A stretch of 64,000 bases of DNA from an uncultured Bacilli bacterium (lineage in GTDB: Bacteria > Bacillota_I > Bacilli_A > RF39 > UBA660): assembly GCA_947624085.1 (NCBI GenBank), contig CANQIK010000001.1:1781-65780 (forward strand). The letters run 5' to 3'. A program made the position numbers and the translations under genes. A model generated the notes under the pieces. That model ran no database searches, was not told the origin of the DNA, and was given only the letters and a program-made list of their open reading frames with translations. Shown piece after piece: positions 40,110-47,510 of the stretch (the stretch's first letter is position 1; each line of letters starts with the position of its first letter).

Positions 40110-41676
40110 AGTAAGGCAAATTAAAGTAGACATTTTAACTGATAATGACAAGGCTTTAAAAGAAAGTATCTTAAAAAAATTAAAAATTAGGCAAGATGAA
40201 TTACAGGAATATACCATTTTAAAAAAATCTCTTGACGCTAGAGATAAAAATAATATTAATTATATATATGAAGTTAAAGTAAAAGCCTTAAATGAAGATA
40301 AACTTTTAAATAGAAAATCTAATGATATTGTTTTATTTGAACCTAAAGAATATAAAGCCCCTTTATCAGGCAATATTTTATTAAAACATCGACCTGTTAT
40401 TATCGGTAGTGGACCTGCCGGACTTTTTTGTGCTCTTGTTTTAGCCGAGAATAACTATAAACCAATTATTATTGAGCGGGGTAAAAAAGTCGAGAATAGA
40501 GTTGAAGATGTCTCACTGTTTTGGCAAAAAGGTATTTTAAATCCTAATAGTAATGTTCAATTTGGCGAGGGTGGGGCTGGTACTTTTTCCGATGGCAAGC
40601 TAAATACTTTAATTAAAGATAATGAGGGCTTGGGCCAAAAAGTATTAGAAACATTTGTAAAATATGGAGCACCTAAAGAAATTTTATATGTTAATAAACC
40701 TCACATTGGCACAGACCTTTTACAAAATATTATTAAAAATATGCGGGAAGCTATCATTTTTATGGGTGGTACTTTCTTTTTTGAAGAGACTTTTGAGGAT
40801 TTAGTTATCGAAAATGATACCTTAAAACAAATTAAAACTAATAAACAAAATCTTGCCACTGATGTTCTTGTATTAGCTATTGGGCATAGTGCTAGAGATA
40901 CTTTTTATGTGTTAAATAATTATCTTGATATTAAATCTAAACCATTTGCTATAGGGGTTAGAATATCCCATCCCCAAAAGCAAATTAATGAAAATCAATA
41001 TGGAAAAATGGCTAAATATTTACCACCCGCGGATTATAAACTTACTTATCAAGCTCAAAGTGGGCGCGGAGTATACTCTTTTTGTATGTGCCCAGGAGGC
41101 TATGTTGTAAATTCGTCTAGCGAGAATAAGGCTTTATGCATAAATGGCATGAGTAACTATAAAAGAGATGAAGAAAATGCTAATAGTGCTATTGTTGTTA
41201 CTATTGATAGTAAAGATTATGGCGAAAGTCCTTTAAGTGGTATTGAATTTCAAAGAAAACTTGAACATCTTGCTTATGAAAAAGGTAAAGGTAATATTCC
41301 TACCCAAAGATGGGAAGATTTTAAAAACAATATTGCTTCCCAATCTTTAGGAAATATTAAACCAATATATAAAGGTAATTATTATTTAACAAATTTACAT
41401 GAAATACTTCCTGATTATATTTGCCATGATTTAATTGAAGCGATAGAAAACTTTGGCCATAAGATAAAGGGCTTTAATGATAATGACGCTTTAGTAAGTG
41501 CTGTTGAAAGCCGAACTTCATCACCCGTTAGGATAAAGCGTGATGAAACTTTAATGGCAAATATCAAAGGTGTATATCCTTGTGGCGAAGGAGCAGGGTA
41601 CGCCGGAGGTATAACAAGTAGTGCTATTGATGGCATTAAAGTAGCTCATTCTATTATAGCTAGATATCGTATGTAA
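40102..41676 (+). CDS. FAD-dependent protein (COG2509-type NAD(FAD)-utilising dehydrogenase)
   Basis: VIIGSGPAGLFCAL and GEGGAGTFSDGKL. ATG 40102 overlaps the upstream stop by 8 nt. Confidence 0.85.
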   Translation: MLKVRQIKVDILTDNDKALKESILKKLKIRQDELQEYTILKKSLDARDKNNINYIYEVKVKALNEDKLLNRKSNDIVLFEPKEYKAPLSGNILLKHRPVIIGSGPAGLFCALVLAENNYKPIIIERGKKVENRVEDVSLFWQKGILNPNSNVQFGEGGAGTFSDGKLNTLIKDNEGLGQKVLETFVKYGAPKEILYVNKPHIGTDLLQNIIKNMREAIIFMGGTFFFEETFEDLVIENDTLKQIKTNKQNLATDVLVLAIGHSARDTFYVLNNYLDIKSKPFAIGVRISHPQKQINENQYGKMAKYLPPADYKLTYQAQSGRGVYSFCMCPGGYVVNSSSENKALCINGMSNYKRDEENANSAIVVTIDSKDYGESPLSGIEFQRKLEHLAYEKGKGNIPTQRWEDFKNNIASQSLGNIKPIYKGNYYLTNLHEILPDYICHDLIEAIENFGHKIKGFNDNDALVSAVESRTSSPVRIKRDETLMANIKGVYPCGEGAGYAGGITSSAIDGIKVAHSIIARYRM

Positions 41677-41708
41677 AAAGGATTGGTAATTGAGTGTGCC
41701 AATCCTTT
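41677..41708. terminator. Bidirectional hairpin between convergent genes
   Basis: AAAGGATTGG (41677-41686) pairs with CCAATCCTTT (41699-41708) around a 12-nt loop. Short T/A runs lie on both sides. Confidence 0.55.
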
Positions 41709-42031
41709 TAACTTGCTAATTCTTCAGCTATGTTTTCTACAGTGTCTTTATCAACATCAGTCATCTCTACAATTTTATCTATGGAACAGCCTTTTTTTAG
41801 CATTTCTTCAATAATCGGCTTAATAACTTCGACTTTGCCACTTTCAAATCCTTTTTTAAATTCTTCAGCAAATCCTTGAGCAAATCCTTCAGCAAATGCT
41901 TGAGCAAAGCCAATTTTATATCCTTCTTGATAATTCACTTCTTTTACACTCCTTAACAATTTTTCAGTGTCAGGTTCAACTACATATCCTTCATCCCTTA
42001 ATCTTTGTAATTCTCTATCAATTTCATCCAT
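41708..42031 (-). CDS. Free-standing Rpn-tail module protein (107 aa), divergent copy
   Basis: MDEIDRELQRLRDEG...LLRSVKEVNYQEG, then a GFAQAFAEGFAQGFAEEFKKGFESGK spacer, then MLKKGCSIDKIVEMTDVDKDTV. It has its own RBS AAAGGAAAGGATGA. Confidence 0.6.
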   Translation of the reverse strand: MDEIDRELQRLRDEGYVVEPDTEKLLRSVKEVNYQEGYKIGFAQAFAEGFAQGFAEEFKKGFESGKVEVIKPIIEEMLKKGCSIDKIVEMTDVDKDTVENIAEELAS

Positions 42032-42061
42032 AAATTTATCATCCTTTCCTTTTTGTTATAG

Positions 42062-42364
42062 TTAGTTATTTGCTAATTCTTTAGCAACTTTTTCTACAAT
42101 AACTTTATCAACATCTGTAATATTAATTATATTTTTAGCTGTCATTCCTTTTTTTAGCATATTTTTAATAATGGATTCAATCCCGTCGGTTTTGCCTTTG
42201 ACCTCACCAATTTTAATCCCTTTGGTTATGCCTTTAGCTTCGCCAATTTCAATCCCTTCTTGAAAATTTACTTCTTTTACACTCCTTAACAACTTTTCGG
42301 TATCATCTCTAATTACACAACCGTTAGCTTTTAATCTTTCAAGTTCTCTATCAATTTCATCCAT
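42062..42364 (-). CDS. Free-standing Rpn-tail module protein (100 aa)
   Basis: The DNA is near-identical to the 3' 231 nt of the 267-aa Rpn gene, apart from a 72-bp in-frame insertion. It has its own RBS GGAAAGGA. Confidence 0.65.
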   Translation of the reverse strand: MDEIDRELERLKANGCVIRDDTEKLLRSVKEVNFQEGIEIGEAKGITKGIKIGEVKGKTDGIESIIKNMLKKGMTAKNIINITDVDKVIVEKVAKELANN

Positions 42365-42392
42365 AAATTATCATCCTTTCCTTTTGTTATAG

Positions 42393-42623
42393 TTAGTTAT
42401 TTGCTAATTCTTTAGCAACTTTTTCTACAATAACTTTATCAACATCTGTAATATTAATTATATTTTTAATTGTCATTCCTTTTTTTAGCATATTTTTAAT
42501 AATTGATTCAATCCCTTCTTGATAATTCACTTCTTTTACACTCCTTAACAACTTTTCGGTATCATCTCTAACAACACAACCGTTAGCTTTTAATCTTTGC
42601 AATTCTCTATCAATTTCATCCAT
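42393..42623 (-). CDS. Candidate internally initiated small protein (76 aa, RpnS-like) nested in frame in the Rpn gene
   Basis: In-frame ATG at 42623 lies 7 nt after a perfect AAGGAGGATGA (+ strand 42631-42641). The same ATG begins the two free-standing copies. Confidence 0.4.
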   Translation of the reverse strand: MDEIDRELQRLKANGCVVRDDTEKLLRSVKEVNYQEGIESIIKNMLKKGMTIKNIINITDVDKVIVEKVAKELANN

Positions 42624-43196
42624 AAATTCATCATCCTCCTTAAATTTTTTTAACTCATTTGTTTCCATAGACAGCGCACCTATGTGCCTTACAAAGTCTC
42701 GATTATCGCCTTCATAACACAGCTTTAACGCCTTATCCAAATTTACTTCATATATTTGAACATTTTTACAATATTCCTTTTCTCCTAGGGTTAAATTCAC
42801 TTCATTTATGACATCAAATGTCTGACTTAGACCTCGAGTTAGACTAATTAACACATAGTTTTTATTAGTTTTATATGTTTTTCCTTCTTCTTGGTCTTGA
42901 TTAATAATATTAAAAAAATATAATAAATTACGAAAAATTACTACTGTGTCAAAACAACTATTTACTTCAATATCAATTCTTTCTTCTTTATTATCAATTA
43001 ATAAATCTAGTGTTTCAGCTTTTTGCGATATTTTATTAACGGGTATTTCTTTACTAATAAAAGTTATATTATTAATATTTCTTCCCAAAATATCTTTTAA
43101 TAGTTTTTTTAGTAATATTTTTCCTTTTTCAGTACTAAATATAGCTTTAAAAACTTTATCATTGTATCCTCTTATATCTTTGGTGCTATTATTCAT
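42393..43196 (-). CDS. Rpn family recombination-promoting nuclease / putative transposase (PD-(D/E)XK, PDDEXK_2-like)
   Basis: N-terminus YNDKVFKAIFSTEKGKILLKKLLKDILG and LDLLIDNKEERIDIEVN (D...ExE/Q-type core). The C-terminal tail ends in an HTH-like IIKNMLKKGMTIKNIINITDVDKVIVEKV. Confidence 0.75.
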   Translation of the reverse strand: MNNSTKDIRGYNDKVFKAIFSTEKGKILLKKLLKDILGRNINNITFISKEIPVNKISQKAETLDLLIDNKEERIDIEVNSCFDTVVIFRNLLYFFNIINQDQEEGKTYKTNKNYVLISLTRGLSQTFDVINEVNLTLGEKEYCKNVQIYEVNLDKALKLCYEGDNRDFVRHIGALSMETNELKKFKEDDEFMDEIDRELQRLKANGCVVRDDTEKLLRSVKEVNYQEGIESIIKNMLKKGMTIKNIINITDVDKVIVEKVAKELANN

Positions 43197-43460
43197 GTTA
43201 TATTTTTAGGGTTCTAATTATCTTTTGATGTTTAGAGCTTCTTCTCCTTTCCTTTTAAGTTTTAGTTAATGGTTTTATAAAAATATTTATACCATGCAAT
43301 ATTCCTCCCTTTACATTTATATATTACGGAAAAAATTCTCATTTCCTTTTTTATTTAGTAAATTTTTTAAAAATATTTAAAATTCGTTATGTAAAGCAAA
43401 AATTAGACTAATATAAAATATTATTATTTTTTGTTATACTAAAAACTGGAGATGATAAAA

Positions 43461-44198
43461 ATGTTTATAGGAAAAAATCCTATTCATATTATTGCTCAAG
43501 CCAAAGATGATATAGCTCCTTTAGTTTTATTACCGGGCGACCCCTTAAGAGCAAAATATATTGCCGAAACCTATTTTGATGAACCTAAACTTGTTAATAC
43601 AGTTCGCGGTATGTATGCTTATACGGGCTATTATAAAGGCCAAAGGGTAACGGTAATGGGTAGTGGTATGGGAATGCCATCCGCTAGTATATATGTTTTT
43701 GAGTTAATTCATTATTATGGTGTTAAGAAAATAATAAGAATAGGTACGTGTGGGGCAGTAGAACCTACCGTTAATATCGGAGATGTTGTTGTTGCCGATA
43801 AAGTATATTCTGAAAGTAATTTTGCTTATACTTATAATAATTATGAGGGCCATGTTGTTGTAGCAGATAAAGAGCTTAACGAAGATGTTTTAAAAACTGC
43901 CGAAGAAGATAAAATACCTGTTATAAAAGGTATGATTACGACAATGGACGCTTTTGGTCCTTATATTGGTGCTGATAGAGTATTAAAGAGAATACCTAAA
44001 AAGTATCATGTTTTAGCAGAAGAAATGGAAGCTTTTGGAGTTATTCATGTAGCTAATTCTTTAGGTTGTAAAGCAACTTGTCTTATTACGGTTGTAGACT
44101 CAAAATATTCTAAAGTTGTATTATCAAGTGAAGATAGAGAACAAAAGCTTAATACGATGATTACCTTAGCACTAGATACAATTATAAAAAATAATTAA
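43461..44198 (+). CDS. deoD: Purine nucleoside phosphorylase, DeoD type
   Basis: LLPGDPLRAKYIAETYF...VRGMYAYTGYYKGQRVTVMGSGMGMPS...EMEAF. ATG 43461 lies 9 nt after GGAG. Confidence 0.9.
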   Translation: MFIGKNPIHIIAQAKDDIAPLVLLPGDPLRAKYIAETYFDEPKLVNTVRGMYAYTGYYKGQRVTVMGSGMGMPSASIYVFELIHYYGVKKIIRIGTCGAVEPTVNIGDVVVADKVYSESNFAYTYNNYEGHVVVADKELNEDVLKTAEEDKIPVIKGMITTMDAFGPYIGADRVLKRIPKKYHVLAEEMEAFGVIHVANSLGCKATCLITVVDSKYSKVVLSSEDREQKLNTMITLALDTIIKNN

Positions 44199-44307
44199 TT
44201 GTTAAATAGTGCCAAATTAATGAAATTTTAATTTAATAATCTTGACACAAATATTTTGTTTTGATAACATTTAAGTATAATAGAAAAGAGGAGAGAAAAG
44301 AAAAAAT

Positions 44308-45150
44308 ATGGAAAAAAGAAACACGTTATTATTAACAATTATAGCAATAGCAACATTGCTAGTAGCAGTAGTAGGTGCCACATTTGCATACTTTGCTTCA
44401 ACAACTGATACAAATAGTGGAAAGGTCAATTTGAATGTAGAAACAGCAAACAAAACAGCAACATTTACAGCTGTAGGTGGTGGCGATATGAATATAAATG
44501 TTACAGCTGATTTAATGCAAGAGTCTAATGCAGGAGATGGTGGAGCGCAACAAACAGCTAATGGTACTTTAGACGCAAATTTAACTGCCAATTCAAATAT
44601 CAATGTATCATTAAATTCACCAACAGAGGGACAACTTGTAACATGCTCATATGATTTAGTATTTGAATGGGCCAATGATAGTAAAAGTAATTATAAAAAT
44701 GGAGAGGGCTCAGATGGTAATAGTTATAAAAACTTAAATACAGACTCTCAAAATGGCGTTCAAATTGGTGACGATGGTGATAAAAAATATTATCCAAGCA
44801 CTTATTATGTAAGAACTGGATATAAAGCTTCTGGTACAGACCATGATAATATTCAAGGCTTTAAAGAGCTTACTATCGATGTTGCTTCTACAACTTATAC
44901 TGGCGATGATGATGGCCGTGGGTCAAGCGGTTCAAGTTTAGAAGAAATTAATATTGATGAGTTAAAACTTGGTAGTGATAATAAAACTTTAACTTTATTA
45001 AAAGGCGAAGAGATTTCAACTGATAAGGAAACTGGCGCTCACATAGACTATGAAATTACTGTTAGATTTTATAATTTAGATAAAGACCAATCACATTTGA
45101 TGGGCAAAACATTTAAAGGTACTGTTTCTGTAGCAAATTATCATTGTTAA
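44308..45150 (+). CDS. Secreted protein with a SipW-dependent (TasA/camelysin-type) signal peptide
   Basis: The N-terminus LLLTIIAIATLLVAVVGATFAYFASTTDT matches the GATFAYF(S/T)D class of signal peptides. The mature part is Asn/Gly/Asp-rich. Confidence 0.6.
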   Translation: MEKRNTLLLTIIAIATLLVAVVGATFAYFASTTDTNSGKVNLNVETANKTATFTAVGGGDMNINVTADLMQESNAGDGGAQQTANGTLDANLTANSNINVSLNSPTEGQLVTCSYDLVFEWANDSKSNYKNGEGSDGNSYKNLNTDSQNGVQIGDDGDKKYYPSTYYVRTGYKASGTDHDNIQGFKELTIDVASTTYTGDDDGRGSSGSSLEEINIDELKLGSDNKTLTLLKGEEISTDKETGAHIDYEITVRFYNLDKDQSHLMGKTFKGTVSVANYHC

Positions 45151-45178
45151 TAAATAGATGAGTTTATAAGATTAAAAT

Positions 45179-45202
45179 AGGAGTGAATAACCACTCCTTT
45201 TT
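45179..45202. terminator. Hairpin terminator between convergent genes
   Basis: AGGAGTG-AATAAC-CACTCCT followed by TTTTTA. Confidence 0.65.
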
Positions 45203-45203
45203 A

Positions 45204-45563
45204 TTATGCTAAATTAGTATTTTGAATTGCCATTTTACCACAGTTTAAATAAGCTCTTAAAAGATTACTTGCTCCTAGTTTAGTTCCACCAAAATAACGT
45301 ATTACTATTAAAAGATGATGATTTAAATTATTGATATTTAAAAGATTAAATAATTGCATACCGGCGGTATTATGAGGCTCTTTGTCATCCGTTTTTCTTG
45401 CCGTATTTCCTACGACATAAGCATAGGGCATATGTCTAGCTTTAGAATGCTCTTTTTTAAGTATTTCTAATATTTTTTTAACATCATTTTCCTCTTTAAT
45501 ATCATATAAAAGACCTATAAATTTTGATTTTTTAATAATTAATTCAGCTGAACCAATAAGCAT
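45204..45563 (-). CDS. IMPACT/YigZ family protein (UPF0029 N-terminal domain only)
   Basis: IIKKSKFIG...ARHMPYAYVVG...DDKEPHNTAG...VIRYFGGTKLGASNLLRAY. At 119 aa it lacks the usual C-terminal domain. Confidence 0.75.
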   Translation of the reverse strand: MLIGSAELIIKKSKFIGLLYDIKEENDVKKILEILKKEHSKARHMPYAYVVGNTARKTDDKEPHNTAGMQLFNLLNINNLNHHLLIVIRYFGGTKLGASNLLRAYLNCGKMAIQNTNLA

Positions 45564-45636
45564 ATAACCACCTATCGAAATTATAACTTATTTTTAACTA
45601 TAATTGTAGTATAATATTTACAGCAAGGGATTTAAT

Positions 45637-47406
45637 ATGGATAGGATAAAAGAAGATTTAAAATTAGTACCCCACTTACCAGGTTCTTATCAAATGATTA
45701 ATAAAGATGGGATAGTTATCTATGTAGGTAAAGCTAAAGACTTAAATAAACGCCTACATTCTTATTTTCGTGGTACTTGTACGGGTAAAACGGCCATAAT
45801 GGTAAGTGAAGTAGACCATTTTACTTATATAGTTACGAAAACGGAAACGGAAAGTTTTATTCTTGAACTTAATCTTATTAAGAAATATGACCCTAAATAT
45901 AATATTCTTCTTAAAGATGATAAATCATATCCCTATATAGAATATATTAATAAACCTTATCCTAAACTTAAAGTAGCAAGATATACATCTATTAGAAAAA
46001 GAGATAAAAAGACTTTATTTGGGCCATATCCTAATGCTTATGCAGCGCGGAGAATAGTTAATTTAATAAATAGATTATATCCTTTAAAGAAATGTGATGG
46101 TAAACCTAATAAATTATGTCTTTATTATCATATAGGAGAATGTTTAGGTTATTGTGTTAATACGATAAAGCAAGAAGATGTTGATAATATGGAAAAAGAA
46201 ATATTATCTTTTTTAAGAGGTAATAGTAAAGTATTAATAGATAAAATAACCTCTAAGATAGATTTTTATGCTAAAAATTTAAATTATGAGAAAGCTATTG
46301 AACTACGTAATGAATTAAATTATATTAAAGTTATATTAGATAGACAAGAAGTTGAATTACATGATTATATTAATCGTGATATTATTAGTTATTATTTTTT
46401 AAATGGTTATTTATCTATTCAAATCTTATTTATTAGAAATGGTAAATTATTAGGTTCTCATAATCATATTTTAAATGTTATAGGTCCTTATGAAGAAGAA
46501 TTAAATTTATATATATATGCTTTTTATCAAACTCATGAAAAACCTAAAGAGTTATTAGTTCAAGAAAATATTAATAAAGATACTTTAGCAAGTCTTTTAG
46601 GTATTAATATTATGACGCCTTTAAAAGGCCGTAAGAAAGAATTATTAAATATTGCTTATGAAAATGCTAAAGTTAATCTTGATAAAGAAATTGAAAGTTT
46701 TAAAAGAGATGAAAAAAGAACTTTTATGGCTAACCAAAGATTAAAAGAGTTATTAAATTTAAGTAATTTAACAACCATTGAATCTTTTGATAATTCTAAT
46801 TTATTTGGTAGTTATTCCGTAAGTGGAATGGTAGTTTTTAAAAATGGTTTACCCTCTAAAAAAGATTATCGTAAATTTAAAATAACAGTTGATAAAAATG
46901 ATGATTATCATATGATGTATGAAGCTATATATCGTAGGTATTTTCGAATTATAACCGAGCAAGATAAACTACCTGATTTAATAATCGTTGATGGGGGTAT
47001 CAACCAAATAAATGCTTGTAAAGAAGCATTAAAAACTTTAAATATCTTTATTAATATATGTGGGCTTAAAAAAGATGAACACCATCGAACTAAAACTTTA
47101 ATAAATGGTAATACCATGGAAGAGATTGATTTAATAGATGAAGCCGATGTATTTAATTATTTAACAAGAATCCAAGATGAAGTCCATCGCTTTACCATTA
47201 ATTACCATAAACAAATAAGAAGCAAAGGGGCTTTAAGTAGTGTTTTAGATAATGTTTCAGGCATTGGCGAAAAAAGAAGAAAATTATTACTAAAAAAATA
47301 TGGAAATTTAGCTAAAATAAAAGAAGCTGATATCACGGAGTTAAGTGAAATTATTCCTTTAGATGTTGCTAAAGAACTTAAAAATTATTTAGAACAAATG
47401 AATTAA
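45637..47406 (+). CDS. uvrC: Excinuclease ABC subunit C
   Basis: GIY-YIG N-terminus (PGSYQMINKDGIVIYVGKAKDLNKRLHSYF), a UVR domain, and C-terminal (HhH)2. Length 589 aa. Confidence 0.96.
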   Translation: MDRIKEDLKLVPHLPGSYQMINKDGIVIYVGKAKDLNKRLHSYFRGTCTGKTAIMVSEVDHFTYIVTKTETESFILELNLIKKYDPKYNILLKDDKSYPYIEYINKPYPKLKVARYTSIRKRDKKTLFGPYPNAYAARRIVNLINRLYPLKKCDGKPNKLCLYYHIGECLGYCVNTIKQEDVDNMEKEILSFLRGNSKVLIDKITSKIDFYAKNLNYEKAIELRNELNYIKVILDRQEVELHDYINRDIISYYFLNGYLSIQILFIRNGKLLGSHNHILNVIGPYEEELNLYIYAFYQTHEKPKELLVQENINKDTLASLLGINIMTPLKGRKKELLNIAYENAKVNLDKEIESFKRDEKRTFMANQRLKELLNLSNLTTIESFDNSNLFGSYSVSGMVVFKNGLPSKKDYRKFKITVDKNDDYHMMYEAIYRRYFRIITEQDKLPDLIIVDGGINQINACKEALKTLNIFINICGLKKDEHHRTKTLINGNTMEEIDLIDEADVFNYLTRIQDEVHRFTINYHKQIRSKGALSSVLDNVSGIGEKRRKLLLKKYGNLAKIKEADITELSEIIPLDVAKELKNYLEQMN

Positions 47407-47407
47407 T

Positions 47408-47486
47408 TGGAAAAATGTGATATAAAGGGGTAAAATGGCTGGAAAAATGTGATAAAAGGCCTTTAAAAAGCCGGAATTTTGTGATA
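47408..47486 (+). repeat. Three direct repeats phased at exactly 32 bp (core GGAAWWWTGTGATA)
   Basis: TGGAAAAATGTGATA occurs at 47408 and 47440, and CGGAATTTTGTGATA at 47472. TATAAT at 47491-47496 follows the third copy. Confidence 0.8.
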
Positions 47487-47510
47487 GACTTATAATTGAG
47501 GTGAACAATT

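Larger units (their letters stand above)
41708..42623 (-). repeat. Three tandem copies of the Rpn-tail module (unit lengths 354, 331 and 231 bp)
   Basis: The units starting at 42062 and 42393 share TTAGTTATTTGCTAATTCTTTAGCAACTTTTTCTACAATAACTTTATCAACATCTGTAATATTAATTATATTTTTA... almost base for base. The 41708 unit is more diverged. Confidence 0.85.

Noticed and set aside
43287-43310. A strong Shine-Dalgarno (AGGGAGGAA, minus strand) followed by a two-codon mini-ORF (ATG GTA TAA) in the region upstream of the Rpn gene.
   Set aside because: It is too short to encode a product and I cannot link it to any structure or downstream frame. It may be a leader mini-ORF or chance, and the evidence does not support annotating it.
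44271-44797. Two antisense ORFs (44271-44675 and 44600-44797) opposite the TasA-like gene. The first is 134 aa and is Ala/Val/Pro-rich.
   Set aside because: They mirror the Thr/Ala/Gly/Asn-rich sense frame, which has a strong RBS (AGGAGAG) and a recognisable SipW-class signal peptide. The antisense frames have no start context or motif.
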